Of a stretch of 64,000 bases of DNA, positions 13,301 through 34,759 are shown in pieces. Source of the DNA: the human T2T-CHM13v2.0 reference genome, Homo sapiens; NCBI RefSeq assembly GCF_009914755.1, contig NC_060945.1; one strand, given 5' to 3'. The translations under genes and the position numbers were made by a program. The notes under the pieces are model-generated. The model was not told the origin of the DNA and did no database searches. It worked only from the letters and a program-made list of their open reading frames with translations. How positions within the stretch are numbered: position 1 is the first letter of the stretch; each line of letters begins with the position of its first letter.

Positions 13301-16300
13301 CTTAGAAATTTTTTAAAAATCAAAATCATATGTGTCTTTTCTGACCACCATGGAATAAAACTAAAAATCAATAACAGAAGAAATGTTCAAAACTGTAAAA
13401 CTTCATGGAAATTAAGCAACATGCTCCTGAGCAACAGAGGAGTTAGTGAAGAAATCAAAAATAAAATTTAAAAATTTCTCGATCAAATGAAAATATGCAC
13501 ACAACATACCAAAACCTATGGGATATAGTAAAAGCAGTTCTAAGAGGGAATTTTACTGTGATAAATGCCTACATCCAAAATGTAGAGAGATCTCAAATAA
13601 AAAATCCAATGTCACAACTCAAGAAATTAGAAAAGAAGGACAAACTGAACCCCAAATTAGAAGGGGAAAAATAACAAAAATCAGAGCAGAAATAAACAAA
13701 ATAGAGGTTTTAAAAACAATACAAAAGATCAAGAAAACAAGGAGGTATTTTTGTTTAAATAAAAAAAAAAACAACAAACCTTAAGCTAGACTAAGGAAAA
13801 AGAGAAAGGACTCAAATAAATAAAATCAGGGATGAAAAAGGAAACATTAAAACTGATACTACAAAAATTTAAAGGACCATAAGAGCCTATTGTAAATTTC
13901 TATATGCCAAGAAATTGGAAAATCTAGAAGAAATGAGTAAATTTTGGACAGACACAACCTAGCAAGATTAAATCATGAAGAAATAGAAAATCTTAATAGA
14001 CCAATAATGAATAACCATATTGAGGCAGTACTAAAGAATCTCCCATTCAAAAAACTCCCAAGACTTAATGGTATCACTGATAAATTCTACCAAACATTTA
14101 AAGAAGATTTACAACTAATCTTTCTCACAAGAATTCTACCAATTCTTCCAAAAAATTGACAAGGAGGGAACACTTCCAAACTCATTCTATGAGGCCAGCA
14201 TTACCCTGATCCAAAAATCAGAAAAGAATACAACAACAAAAAAGGAAGCTATAGGCCAATATTCCTGATGAATACAGATGCAAAAAATCCTCAAGAAAAT
14301 AGTACCAAACTGAATTCAATAATATATTAAAAAGATAATTCACCATGATCAAGTGGGATTCATCACAGAGATGCAAGAATGATTCAACATACACAAATCA
14401 ATAAACATAATATTACCACATTAACAGAATCAAGGCCAAATCCATATGATAATTTCAATAGATGCTGAAAAAAATTTGATAAAATTCAATTCCTTCATAA
14501 AAATCCTCCAGAAATTGGTTATAAAAACAACACACCTTAATTTAATAAAGGCCATATATGACAAATCCACAGAGAACATCATACTGAGCAGGAAACAGTT
14601 GAAAACTTCATTTCTAAGATGTAGAACAAGACAAAAATGCCCACATTCACCACTTTTGTTCAACATAGCACTGAAGATTCTGTCCAGAGTAATTAGGCAA
14701 GGGAAAGAAAGAAAAGGCATCCAAATTAAGAAAAGAGGGAGTCAAATTTTCCCTGTTTGCAGACAATATCATCATAATTAGATAGATGGTTAGAGAAAAG
14801 CCTAAAGACTCCATCAAAAAAAAAAATATTAGAACTAATAAATGAATTTGGTAAAGGTGTAGGATATAAAATTAACATATAAAAATCAGTAGTGTTTGCT
14901 ATATGCCAATAGCAAACTATTTGAAATTGAAATTGAAAAAGTAATTCCATGTACAATAGTTACAAGGTATAAATAAAATGCCTATAAATAAACTTAACCA
15001 AGGAGGTGAAAAATCCCTACAATGAAAACTATAAAACGCCAATGAAAGAAATCGAAGAGGACACAAAAAATTAGAAAGATATTCCATGTTCATGGACTGA
15101 AATAATGTTTAAAAATATACATATTATCCAAAGTGATCTACAGATTTAATGCAATCTCTATAATAAAAATCTCAATGACATTCTTCACTGCAATAGAAAT
15201 AACAATCCTAAAATTCATATGGAAATGCAAAAGATCCTGGATAGCTAAAGGAATCTTCAGCAAAAAGAACAAAGCTTCAGGCATCACTCTACCTGATGAA
15301 AATATACTGCATAGCTATAGTAACCAAAACAGGATGACACTGGCGTAAAAACAGATACATTGATGAATGTGACAAAATACAGAACCTAGAAATAAATATA
15401 TGTATGTATATCCAAATGATTTTCAACAAAGGCACCAGAAGTACTCATTGGGGAAAGGACAGTATCCTCAATAAACGGTCCTCGGAAACTGGATATCCAC
15501 ATGCAGAAGAATGTAACTAGATCACTATCTCCATATTCAAAAATCAACTCAAATAAGATCAGAGGCTTAAGTGTTAGGACCATAACTATGAAACTACTAG
15601 AAGAAAACATAGAGGAAATGCTTCATGGAATGGAGCAAGGATTCTTTAAAGACAACCTCAAAAGCACAGACAACAAGAGCAAAAATAGACAAATGGAATT
15701 ATATCAAATTAAAAATCTTTTGCACAGCAAAGGAAATAACAGATTGAAGAGACAACTTACAGAATGGGGAAAAAAAACTATTTGTGCACTATGCATCTGA
15801 CAAGGGATTAATATCCATAATATATAAGGAACTCAAACAACTCAATATCAAAAAAGCAAATAATTAAATTTAAAAATGGACAAAAGATCTGAATAGATAT
15901 TTTTCAAAGGAAGACATACAAATGGCCAACAGCTATATGAAAAAATGCTCAACATCACTAATCATCAGGGAAATGCAAATCAAAACCACAATGAGATATC
16001 CCTTCACCTTAGAATGGTTATCATCAAAAACACACAAAAAATTTAACAAATGCTGGTGAGGATGTGGAGAAAAGAGAGCTCTTCCACGCTGTTGGTGAGA
16101 ATGTAAATAAGTATAGCCATTATGGAAAGAGGCATGAAAGATCCTCAAAAATTTAAAAATAGAAATAGCATATGAGCCAGCAGTCCCATTACTGGATATA
16201 GATCTAAAGGAAATGAAATCAGTGTGTTGAAGGGATGTCTGTACTCCATGTTTACTCCAGCGCTGTTCACAGAAGCTGAGAGATGGAACTGACTTAAATG

Positions 16301-16325
16301 TGCACCTACAGAGGAATGTATAAAG
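10345..16325 (+). mobile_element. old L1 (L1M/L1MA-like): 5'UTR, ORF1 and ORF2 remnants, 3'UTR missing
   Basis: gagcaagattgcagaatagaag start; ORF1-like ADFSTDTLQARRDWDDIFKVLK; ORF2 EN/RT remnants (FSDHHGIKLKIN, ISIDAEK, CPHSPLLFNI); many frameshifts. Confidence 0.9.
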
Positions 16326-16339
16326 GGCGGCCTGTAACT

Positions 16340-17950
<1,611 letters not shown>

Positions 17951-18290
17951 CAAACTACACACATCACCATGGATAAATCTCAAAGCAATAATGTGGAGAA
18001 GAAAGCTAGTCCCAGAAGAACTCTTCCTCTGTGATTCTAATTACATAAAGTTCAAGAGCATGCACATCTTAGCAAAATATTACTTAAGGCTACAAACATG
18101 TGGTACAACTACAAAGAACATTGAGGATTAGTTAACAAGGAGTTCAGGAGAGGGGTTCCTACTGTAGGGTGGGGTGGGGACGTGATTGGAGAGGAGCACA
18201 CAGGGGCCTTTTCAAGGACACTCTTCTATTTCTTAAGTGGGGTTCTATTCATGTTTATATTTTGTGTAAAAAAAATTAAGTTACATTTTT
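17951..18290 (+). mobile_element. L1ME-like 3' fragment
   Basis: catggataaatctcaaagcaataatg...tgtgattc...acataaagttcaa. Confidence 0.6.
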
Positions 18291-19012
18291 AAAAGACAAA
18301 AAAAGACAAAGTTACATTTAAAAAATCATTGAAGCAAGCAGAGTGCATCACCTCCTTGTAATCCAATATTCATAATATAAATGACCCCATCCCCATCTCC
18401 TCGGCCACTGATCTGATGCCTCTGTTCTGCTTATCTGCTGCATTACCAGCTCACTGTGCAGCAAATTCACACTATTCATTGTTAGCTCTATAGCCCAACT
18501 GGATGGCAAACATCCCAATAGACAAAACTCCAAGAAGAGTCAAAACAAGAATAAAGTGCAGGTCATCTTTTCTTTTGCACTCCTGACAGCACTTTGTACA
18601 TGGTAATAATAATCTACCAATTAACTACATAAGCCACATGGTTTTATCATAGTGTGAAGCTTTGTATCCAGAAAGGAGAGAAGGCTCCCTAAGACTCTGT
18701 CAAGAGTGGGTGCTTCCTTTCTGCTGTAACCTCTTCTTTTCTCCAAAGCCAGCTCACCTCTTCCTCCTGACTGAGCACAGCTGGGGCCCTCCCCTAGGTC
18801 GGCTTAATGAGGTGGGGCCCTCCCTCTGGCTTGGAATCCACACACATTCCTGCAGCCAAATGCTGCAGCAAGAGGCAGGGACCACGTTTAATGCTTTTCC
18901 TTGGGAAACTGACCTGTGTCTCCACTAATATCTGACAATTTGGCAAGAGGACCAACAAGATTTGAGGCAATATGTGATAAAATATGCAGTTATTTAAAAA
19001 AATACTTTTATA

Positions 19013-19178
19013 GATTGGGTGCAGGGACTTGTGTTTGTAATCCTAGATACTGAGAAGGCTGAGGCGAGAGGAGCACCTGAGCCCAGGAGTTTGAGGTCAC
19101 AGGGAGCCATGATTACATCACTGTACTCCAGCCTGGGCATCGGAGAAAGACCCTGTCCAACAGAACAACAACAACACA
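19013..19178 (+). mobile_element. Alu monomer (FRAM/FAM-like)
   Basis: single diverged arm: tgtaatcc...gagcccaggagtttgagg...ctccagcctgggc...gaccctgtc with CAA-rich tail. Confidence 0.8.
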
Positions 19179-20794
19179 AATAGTGTTCCAAAACTGGATA
19201 AGAATGCAGATGTTCAAAGGAAGCCCTGAAAATAAGCTCAATTTTAAAAAGCGGGGAGTAAAGAATTACAAAAGGAAGGAAAGGAGGAGAGAAGGGGAGA
19301 AGAGGGAAGCAAGGAGGAAAGGCAAGTGTTTTGTTCACTAGTATATCCCCAGAAACGTTTAAATAATAGACACTAAGCATTTGTTGAATGAATGAAGTAA
19401 TAGATGAAATAGATGTGAAGCAATGGGAGAAAATATGGACTTACATGGCTAACACCCTGTCACGTGGCCTGCACCTGAATCTACACAACAGGCCCCTCAG
19501 CCTCCACCATGTAACAGAGTTCAGGGAGCCCAGCCTTTTTCTTCTAACACCTCAATGCCAGACTTGCTCCATGTTGGACACCAGCTTATCTGTGCTTCTG
19601 GTACCCCAGAGGTACTTGATGAACATACTGTTTTATTTATTTAACACATTTGGAGAGAGTATCTGCAAGGATTCCTCCAATGTAGTATATCAGGAGGTAT
19701 TCCTTGGTCTGTGAGTTCCCAGAAAATGACCTCATTCTATGGAAAATCTGGTTGTCCATGGTTAGTCCAATGTGGTGACACAAAATGGAAATCCTTAAAA
19801 CTAAAGAAAGAATTACAGTCATTTAATAAAGACAATGAAACTGAAACATCATGAATCATAGTTTAGGAAATCAATTTGTAATGAAGAAACATTTAGTATG
19901 GGAGAAGGGAGTGAGTAAATTACCTACGGAAAGATGAAGCAACACATTTATACAAAGTGTCAATAGATAAAATGGACACACCTTTAGATGTATATTATAC
20001 TGATTTTAAACCACACACATTGGTAACAAATAGACTAATCCATTTCCAAACTAATTGGATTGCTGGGTGCACATTACTATCAGAGTAGCCAGAGGTAGGC
20101 TTCAAACTAATGGTAGTAATTGCTTTTAAACAACCTTTAGATGAGTCCAGGCATCTTAAATGTCCTATTTATCTCCCTTTCCTATTGTAGAAATTATGCT
20201 ACAGATCAGCCTAATGGGGGACCCACACCTAATAGACATACAAAGGACAATTAGAAGAGTCGAGAAGTAAAAAGCAAAAAATGAAGTTTTATAGAACGAA
20301 TGAAGACAAAAATCTGAACCGCACCTGAAGTGGAGCTGGGCCTTGTCACGAACAAAAACTTACAGTGCAAGGTTCTGCAGCTGGCTGGCTTTATGACCTT
20401 GAGCTTCCACTTAACCTGTCCACACTTCCAGTTTTCATCTACAAATTGAAGGGGGTTGTGCAAGCATTTGACATTCTTTCAGTTGCTATGGGCAGTGAAC
20501 CTATGAACATGACAGTGACAGCAATGGCAAGAAACAGCCGTGAGGTCTTCTTGCCATCAGGCCAGAGCCTCTTTTCTTGCTCAGACTCCGCTGTGGGGAG
20601 CAACCGCACACCAGACCCTCCGACACATCCTCCGTGTTTCTGCCAGCTCTGCCACTATTCAAGTTCTCCTGATTTTATCAGCACCTGCTCTTGTTCTCCC
20701 ATGCCCAGGACCACTATAATAGCCTCCTTTCTATTTTCTGCTAATCATCACTCCCCTAAAACACACAACAGGTGCAATACTTTTGACATATTAA

Positions 20795-21220
20795 ATGTGT
20801 CTACCTTCAGAATCCCCCAGAAGGAGACTCTGTGACAGGGATTCAAGCAAAAGTAGTTTATGTGAGGTAGTTGGTTTCAGGAAACACAGGCAGGAAAGGA
20901 GGCAAGTGAACAATAAAAGGAAGACGGTCAATGAAGGGCACATTATAGCAAGTCGCCACTATGAGAAATGGCAGCTTCATCTCTTGGAGACACTGAGAAC
21001 CAGAGCAGGACCCTGCCTCAGTTACTCTTCCTGAAAGCCTAGCTAGCTGAGGTTTACATCACCACCTCCGGCTGTCACTGGCCGTGGCTGCTCTCAGGAG
21101 TCAATCTCAGGCACTTTCACCTGCCAAAGAGAGTCCTTAGGGGAAGTGTTGCTACTGGGCAGCTGGAAGTGCTGCCAGGAAATGGTAAGGAGGTGACAGG
21201 CTCCAGGCAGGCACCAACAG
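20795..21220 (-). mobile_element. LTR16-like (ERVL) LTR
   Basis: ccccagaaggagactctgtgacagggattcaagcaaaagtagtttat. Confidence 0.55.
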
Positions 21221-21637
21221 CACCTGCAACACCACTGCTCATTTTTGTTTCTTAATTGTCCTGTGTCTCCTTCACACACGGAGTTGATGGCAGCCATTGC
21301 TTCAAAGAAAGATACAGCCTAAAATAAAGACTCAGGGTTTTGCTCTGAGTTTCTGATTTGTTTCTCAAGTCTATGGTAAGCATTTCATTTGAAAGTCTGG
21401 ATTTATAGGACAATTGAGAGGGAAGAGAGTTTTCTAAATTCCCAAAGCCTCCTTCTGCATTAAGGCAGAACAAAGCTTGGAGGTCTAATGATGGAGTTTT
21501 GCCACAAGACATGGTGTGAAGACTTAGAATATGGCTCAGGACAGAGTTCCCACAACATGGAAGAGGAAGGGAGATGATGCAGTGGGCAGGACATGGAGAG
21601 ATTTGGGGGATAAGGATGAGGTTAAGATGTTGCCTAG

Positions 21638-21954
<317 letters not shown>

Positions 21955-22258
21955 GTTTTTAAAAAGATGTTGCCTGGATTCTTGAGAGGAATCTTAGATT
22001 TGAGGGTGGGTATGGTTTAGATGATAGAAACTCTGGATTGGTAGGAGTGGAGAAAAGGAAAGGGAAGGTCTCCCCTACCCTGAGAGGCCACAGCAGAGTG
22101 AAAATGCTGCAATAAAAAGATAAGGCAGAGAGCAGGACTGAGGTAGCACCCTGGCCCCCCAAGGTATAGGCGAGTTGTGTAGGGGATTCCAAAGTTTACT
22201 GATGTGAATTTAAGAGCAAAATGAGATGCTCATACACCTTGAAATGAGATATTCATAT

Positions 22259-22439
22259 AGCTTCTATGGCAGACTATTTGCAAAAAATGGCTGCAATAAA
22301 TTCTGTCATCCTTCATGCATGTCCTTTGCAATGTGACTTTGCTGCTCCCCTGACTTCTCTACTCCTAGAATCTGGTGTTCGCCATGCAACTGGCTTTAGT
22401 TACAGGAATATTGGCAGATCTGATGCAAGAAGTTGGGAA
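22259..22439 (+). repeat. 181-bp local copy of the 5' end of the MLT1 LTR at 23855
   Basis: ungapped match to 23855-24035, about 17 mismatches by eye. Confidence 0.9.
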
Positions 22440-22493
22440 TTAAATTAAAACAGATAGCACTTATTTAGTAATTGCTTTATGCATGTCACTGTA

Positions 22494-23209
<716 letters not shown>

Positions 23210-23454
23210 CTGTACTAAACACTTCATATTTTAACTTCTTTTATCCTACAACTCACAGCCATAGGAGGGAGGTATTATTATTCTTGTTTTATAAATGAGG
23301 AAGCTGAGGCACAGAAAGGTTGGTCAAAGGCCATACAGTTTGCACGTCTTAGAGGTAGTATTGCAAGCCAGACGATATAACTCCCAAGTCTGTGAGATTT
23401 ATCTCTAGAATATTTACAATTCAGCCAGTAAGGAAGATTGCCCATCAAATGGTC

Positions 23455-23455
23455 A

Positions 23456-23489
<34 letters not shown>

Positions 23490-23804
23490 TGTATTTTATT
23501 TTTATTTTTATTTTATTTTTTTGAGATGGAGTCTTGCTCTGTTGCCCAGGCTGGAGTGCAGTGGCGTGATCTCGGCTCACTGCAAGCTCCACCTCCGGGG
23601 TTCACACCATTCTCCTGCTTAGCCTCCCAAGTAGCTGGGACTACAGGTGCCCACCACCAAGCCCGGCTAATTTTTTTTGTATTTTTAGTAGAGACGGGGT
23701 TTCACCATGTTAGCCAAGATGGTCTCGATCTCCTGACCTCGTGATCCACCCGTCTCGGCCTCCCAAAGTGCTGGGATTACAGGCGTAAGCCATCGTGCCC
23801 AGCC
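23455..23804 (-). mobile_element. AluY preceded by a (TG)n microsatellite (23455-23492)
   Basis: Y diagnostics gcaagctcc, ccattctcctg, gttagcca, gacctcgtgatcc. Confidence 0.95.
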
Positions 23805-23860
23805 CATGTGTATATATTGTTACTCTTCCACATATATAAAAGGTCATGTCACTCAGCTTC

Positions 23861-24280
23861 TATGGTAGACTATTTGCAAAAAATGGCTGCAACAAATTCT
23901 CTCATTCCTCATGCATGTCCTGTGCAACGTGACTTGGCTGCTCCCCTGACTTCTCTACTCCTTCAATCTGGAGTTGGCCATGCAACTTGCTTTAGTCACA
24001 GGAATATTGCCAGATGTGATGCAAGCAGTTGGGAAGGGCATGAGCATTGTGGCTTCCTGGGACATGGGTCCACCACCCGAGTACTAGGCTAGGCTAGTCC
24101 ACCAGAGGGTAAAGAGCATGTGCTGAGGCCCAGTTGTGCCTGCCATCCGATTTGAAGCCCAGACACTTAAGAGAATCAAGAGAGTGCCTCTCCTTACTAG
24201 AAGAGCTGCACAGCTGCCCCCACAGAATCATGAGAAATCATAAATGTTTGCCACTTTGGGCCACTAAGTTTTGGCATCAA
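23861..24280 (+). mobile_element. old MLT1 (G/H-like) LTR
   Basis: tatggtagactatttgcaaaaaatggctgc...cacagaatcatgagaaat...gccactaagttttgg. Confidence 0.7.
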
Positions 24281-24344
24281 GTCTTGATTGAATCCTCCCT
24301 ATGTGTGGAGTACTGTTTCATGTGGGGGAATACACGTATATCCA

Positions 24345-25083
<739 letters not shown>

Positions 25084-26379
25084 TTACATGATTTTCTTAT
25101 TTTGGGGGGTCTATTTATGGTTTTCCTTTGAACCCCTCAGGCCAACTCCGGTTTTGTCATCAGCTGCTTGCTTAGGCGAGGATGAGGGGGGCAGCTTGGT
25201 TTCTTGGGGAAGCTGGGGGCTAACCTGGCTCCTAAAAGGGCCTCTAGCCCAAAACTTCACACCCCAAATGGTCTTGTCTTCCTCCCAGTCATGACACACT
25301 TGGTTCAAGAGAAATGGGATTCTTTAGTGGGCCTGATGAAGACCCTCATGCCCTGACAGATGATACATAGTAGCATCTTAAAGATGTTAAGGATGACTTT
25401 TGATTTTTAGCCCTTTATCTGACCCACAACCATTTATTCTTGTTAATAGATCATCATAAATAAAGAACGCAAGTATGCTTGTGACAATCCTTAGAGTACA
25501 GGGATCCGGACTGCACAAGGCTGCCTGGAAGGGGTGTGAAATGGGGTAGTGAGGAGGCACAAAAAGGAGAGGGAGAGAAGGGTAGAGAGAAGGGACACAT
25601 AGCTCCTCCCAGCCTGGGGCCTTTGCTCTTAGTCCCATCCTGTCTCATCTCTTGGCATTGAGTCTCCCAGTCCATCCAAGAGGATTCCAGGTTGGATTCC
25701 ACAGTCCCCAGGCTCTCAGCCTCCCACGTGCTCCAAGCCTATCCTGAGTGCCCATCTCACTCCCACCACTCTCCATGACCCCATGCATCAGGACTCCTCC
25801 TTGCCCCCACATTCTCCAAGCATCATGGTCACCTAATAGCCGGCTCTGCTTTGAATTCCTCATTGCCCCTGGAATCTTTTCAGGTTGGATTACATCTTTT
25901 TAAGCCTGAATAAAAAAACCAACTGAATGATCTTTAAAGTGCACGTGACTCGCTTGTGCCCTTCTGATCATGGATAAATACCCATATCCCTGGGGGCAGC
26001 CTGCCAGCTGGCCTGCCTATCTCTCTGTCCCCCAGTCAAGGTGCACCTGCAGGCTAATTATGCACATCAATACGGCGGGGAGTGGGCTGTCCAGACTCTT
26101 CTGTGCTGCCCTCAGTTGGGTTGATTGCTGGGGCTGGCCTCGGAGCACTTGCTACGGGAGCATGAGAACCATTCTGGCTTCAGTCCAGGACTTCAAAGCC
26201 AGCTCCCCATCCCTCCTGCCATCATCCCATGAGCCTGCCCCTGGCAGCAGTCATTGCACAGCCTGGGGTGCCAGTCTTTGCTTCCCTCCTTTTCCTTCCT
26301 CACTGCCCCCTTCTATCTCCATCACTGTCCCAGATGAAAATGCAGCCATCGCCCTCCACACATCAAAAGGGGGAGGTGA

Positions 26380-26790
<411 letters not shown>

Positions 26791-27744
26791 ACATTCACAT
26801 TTATTGATTCAATTGGCCCTTGCTTCACAGCTGCTTCAAATATTTCAGAATTCCTCCTGTTTTTTACATCATGAAACTGAGGCTGAGAGGGTGACGTTAG
26901 CTTGCACAGGAGCCACAGGTCATACTGAGTGGAATTTGTGTTTGATTCTGACCTGCCTTACCCTAGAGACACTGTCTTTCTATCCAACTGCAGAGGTCCT
27001 GGGCACAGGCCAGTCAGGGAGTAAGAATGGGCCATTTAACAAGCATTCATAGCCACCAGCAGTCACTGCTTTGCCAGTTTCAAGCAGGCAAGAGTCAAGG
27101 AAGCCTCAGCAGCTGTGGCATTTTGCCACCCAGGTAGAGGAACCTTGCTTTCCTGCAAATCTCTCCTCCTGTGATCCTTGACTGATGCCTGGCTTGGCTG
27201 TGCTGTTTTTCTGGGAAGTTAGATGTTATTCTCATGCCATGTCTCTGGCTACAGCTCATGGACTGTGCCTGGCCTCCAGAATCTTCCCCTTTCTGCACCT
27301 GGCACCAAGCCTTCTAATACATCCCTACCTTCCCAGCTGGGACAGGGTCCACAAGACACCTCACTGAGAATCAACAAGATCAGTCCCCATAGTGTGTGCA
27401 TGTGACACTGGGGAGCCTGGAGCTGACGCACTTACTTATAATCACAACATTCCCAAAGCACAACTTGGAGTTTGGCTCTTTGCCTTCCTTCTTCTGGAAT
27501 GCAACAGTCATTGTTGAATTTCTACCCTCACCTAACCAGGCAATTCCTTATGGAAAGAGTCAGTCTGGTATCTGAACTCAGTGAATGACTTCAAGTTAAA
27601 CCCAAGGCTGCATCCATGATCCTTCCAAGTAGTGGACTTTATCATCCTTGAGTCTGGCTCATCACGAAGATGCAGTTTTGCTAAATCTAAGTACAGCTCT
27701 TATCTGCTCCAAGTCTCCCAGCTCGGTACCTGTTATCAAATGTT

Positions 27745-28153
27745 TTTAGGAGAGAGTCTGTTTCCTTATCTTTTCTAGCTTCTAGAATCTACATGTATTT
27801 CCTGGCTCATGGCCCCCCCTCTATTTTCAAAGCCAACAACATAGCATCTCTCTCTCTCTCCCTCCCGCCCTCCCTCTTTTTTTCTCTCCTCCACCCCTCC
27901 ATCTCTCATCTTATATTTGAACACAGATGTGTACTACAGGGAGAACATCATGTGATCATGAATACAGACATCCACCAGATAAGGAGAGAGGACTGGAACA
28001 GATCTTTCCCTCACAGCTCTCAGAAAAAAAACAACCCTGTTGACACCTTCATCTTGGACTTGGAGCCTACAGAACTGCAAGACAGAGCAAACTTCTCTTG
28101 TTCAAGCCTCTCAGTTTGTGATGTTTTCTTAACAGCCCTAACAAACTAATACA
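27745..28153. mobile_element. two MLT1 fragments (antisense ~27745-27850; sense ~27920-28153)
   Basis: ttttctagcttctaga...ttcaaagccaacaac; gacaccttcatcttggact...aaactaataca. Confidence 0.65.
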
Positions 28154-28218
28154 GAGAGAAACGATCCCAATTAGAGAGTGCCCTGGTACGTTTACTTTTT
28201 TAAAAAAGAACTTATCAG

Positions 28219-28284
28219 AAGAGTACTTTCAGGGATCATTTCTATAGTTCATTACTAGAGAAGTTTCTCTAAACATGTAGAGCA
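28219..28284 (+). pseudogene. SNORD3: U3 snoRNA 5' fragment (about nt 1-68), 5' part of a U3-L1 chimeric retrocopy
   Basis: aagagtactttcagggatcatttctatagttcattactagagaagtttctctaaacatgtagagca vs recalled U3 AAGACTATACTTTCAGGGATCATTTCTATAGTGTGTTACTAGAGAAGTTTCTCTGAACGTGTAGAGCA. Confidence 0.93.
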
Positions 28285-31583
<3,299 letters not shown>

Positions 31584-33026
31584 GAACTTGTCAGAAAGTT
31601 CTGTGGAACCAAAAGTACTTACTATAATTGTTGGTTTGGAGAGGCAGAGGAAGTAGGAGAGGGTGCTGAGGGCATACTTTCCTAACCAATGTCATTGCCA
31701 TGAAGATTTCTGAGGTCTCTGGCTCCTTCTTCCATGCTCAATTCCTTGCGCAGAGCAACTTGGAGGCAAATCATGAAGGCACTGCCTGGTCCAGCCCCTG
31801 GCCCTGGAGGAGGCACTTCCTCCGCCTCCTCTGCTTCCGTGGGGGCCTTTTGGTCTCCATCATGTCAGACTTAGCACTTCCTCCAGCCCAGCATCTAACG
31901 TGGGTGATTTGCACCTTTATTATGAATTGTTTATTCTCTGGGGTATCTATGACCACAGTGTGCAAGTGATATTTCCATTCAAGGACCAAAGAAAAAAAAT
32001 TTTTTTAAACTTTGTTTCCTGAGAGACACATTCCAGGCATCATAGAAGCAACGGGGGAAGGATGGGGACACAGAGAGTCATTGCAGGTAGGCTATGACCC
32101 CGGGAAGAACATCCTTCACACCTGGTAACATTTGTGAGAAGGTGTTTCCTCCAGAAAAAATTAGTTCAGGGACATTTTGCTAGTAAGAGGCCAATTATCT
32201 GTTTGAGGCCACCAACAGAATGGTTGTTTAATTTCTATAACCAAAGCTGACGTCTCATTGCATGATCAGCGATCAGTGCCTGTTATCAACAGCCGCAAAG
32301 GGTCTTACTCTAGGGCTCCGATGCCCGCTCCAGATCCCCTGAATTCTCATCTCACATGTGGCTGGTCAGCTGCAGGAGAACGAGGAGCTGACCTCCACCC
32401 TGTGCTGCTGATGGGAATGGCATTTCCCCACCCTGTGCAGCTCTGGCAGCCTCCCTCTTACCCCTGCTATCACAGCCGCGGAGGCAGGCAGGGAGCTCGT
32501 GACAGCTGGCAAGCCAGCCTCTGGGAATAAAACATTTTAGCACTTCATAAATTTCTAACAAGGTTTCAAATTGCGGCCGTTTCCCTCCTCTCAGCTCCGT
32601 CAACTAGCAAAAGGGGTTGGGGGTGGGGGAAGAAAGACTAATTAAATCTACGGTGGGAAAGCACTGCTGGTAAGATTGCTACTTATTAAAAATCATGAAC
32701 TGTTAGGACCCGATTACAAAGTAAGTTGAAATTCTCCCCATTTTCCCCATACATAAAAATATAAAACAGAGCCTTTCAATTTTATATGTATTTGGTATGT
32801 GTGTATATATATATATATTTTCAAAGGATTAAATACATATCCTTAACAGGATAGCTGATATATGACATTCTTAAACCTAAGGGAAGATGACACATAACTA
32901 ACTAAAATGCTGAGAGACATTCAATATCAATACTGAACATTAACATTGAGGCTTGGTATCATTTACAAAGTAGTTATTTCACATTCTTTTCCCCTGGGAG
33001 TTTTACTGAAAGAAAATGCTTGCTAG

Positions 33027-33459
<433 letters not shown>

Positions 33460-34631
33460 AAAAAACCTTTCTTAATTTCATGGTTCTTTGTTTTAAAAGA
33501 AGGGTACTTGCTTTACAGGAAATACGTAAGCCTTATGGGTAGGGGAAATGTGGAACAGGGAACAAAAAAACTAATTCACAAAGACGTTTAATTGTCAACT
33601 AAAACATGTTAGGAGCACTGTGGGAGGGGTGTGTTTGGAAAAATAAGGGGTAAGATTTTAAATAGTTTCACTCTGAGAAAACCAGCATTCCTTTTCCTAC
33701 TAGAGTAAGTAAGCAGGGTTGCCTTCTTCAGGTAGTGGGTCTCACATGAAAAAATTTCAATCTGAAATAAGGGTCGTAGAATTGGTGACGTGAGAATTGG
33801 GCAAAACTAGGGCACAGACAGATCCTGGCAGTAACTTCGGGCCCACATCACTTTGGGCAAAACACACAGACAAGCACTAAGCAGGTACAGGACAACCACC
33901 AGCTGCTGCACTGAGCATTCTCTGCGCTCCCTGCACCTTCGCCTGATGCCCATTTTCTTTTTTAGCGTGAGAAAGTTGACCTTTAGGATGACATACAAAA
34001 TAAGCTTCTCCAGCTAGGATGGGAGGCAAAATGCAAAGACCATGTGTGCTATTTATGTTTGAGAATGAACCTTCCTGCAAAGTATCAGCCTGTCGTATAT
34101 TTAGAACAGAGACCCCAGGGTGGGAGCATCTCATGGCAGCTCCCAATTGAATGCCAGATGCAAATGATCACTTGCTATTAATCCCAGCCTTGCTAACATT
34201 TGGTCCTGAGCATCACAGCTAATTGACGGGATGAATTACCATTTCTACGGATGGTGCCACCTGTGACATTCAGGATCTTTGAGAGGTAGAACCCGCAGTA
34301 GTTTAACATTGCCAGTTTAGTCAGTTATGATCATTGATACATGGCTCACCATTTTCTCTCTTTCTCTCTCTCCCTGTGTGTGTGTGCGTGTGTGCATGTT
34401 ACATGGTTTCACTATGAGATATACAGCATTTTATTTTGTCTACATATGCAAATGTTCAGTGACAGGGACAAAAAGAAAAAAAATCAAGAATAATGAATGT
34501 GATTAAGTGGAAAACTACTTATAAAACACTCTAAAGTTGACTAATATAGGCAAACACTGTTAAAGTCGATTTTAGGGAATCATCCAGGTATTTCACATAG
34601 CATAGGCTATAACTTCATTAAAGAAAACATG

Positions 34632-34759
34632 GTCACCCCTGCCTGAACTGCACCCAGATTGCACCCCAGTGGCTCTGAGCCAGGACAGGTGGCCAGTCAC
34701 CCCCTGCCTGAATTGCACCCAGATGGCACCCCAGTGGCTCTGAGCCAAGACAGGTGGCC
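34632..34759. repeat. 2 x ~64-bp tandem duplication
   Basis: gtcacccc(c)tgcctgaa(c/t)tgcacccagat(t/g)gcaccccagtggctctgagcca(g/a)gacaggtggcc twice. Confidence 0.95.

Noticed and set aside
18550-18600. AAAGTGC...GCACTTT hairpin resembling a miR-17 family seed
   Set aside because: The stem is only ~13 bp with a large loop and the rest does not match miR-17 family precursors.
20365-20835. 156-aa ORF
   Set aside because: Non-ATG start, MIR/LTR-like overlap at its ends, no domain or splice support.
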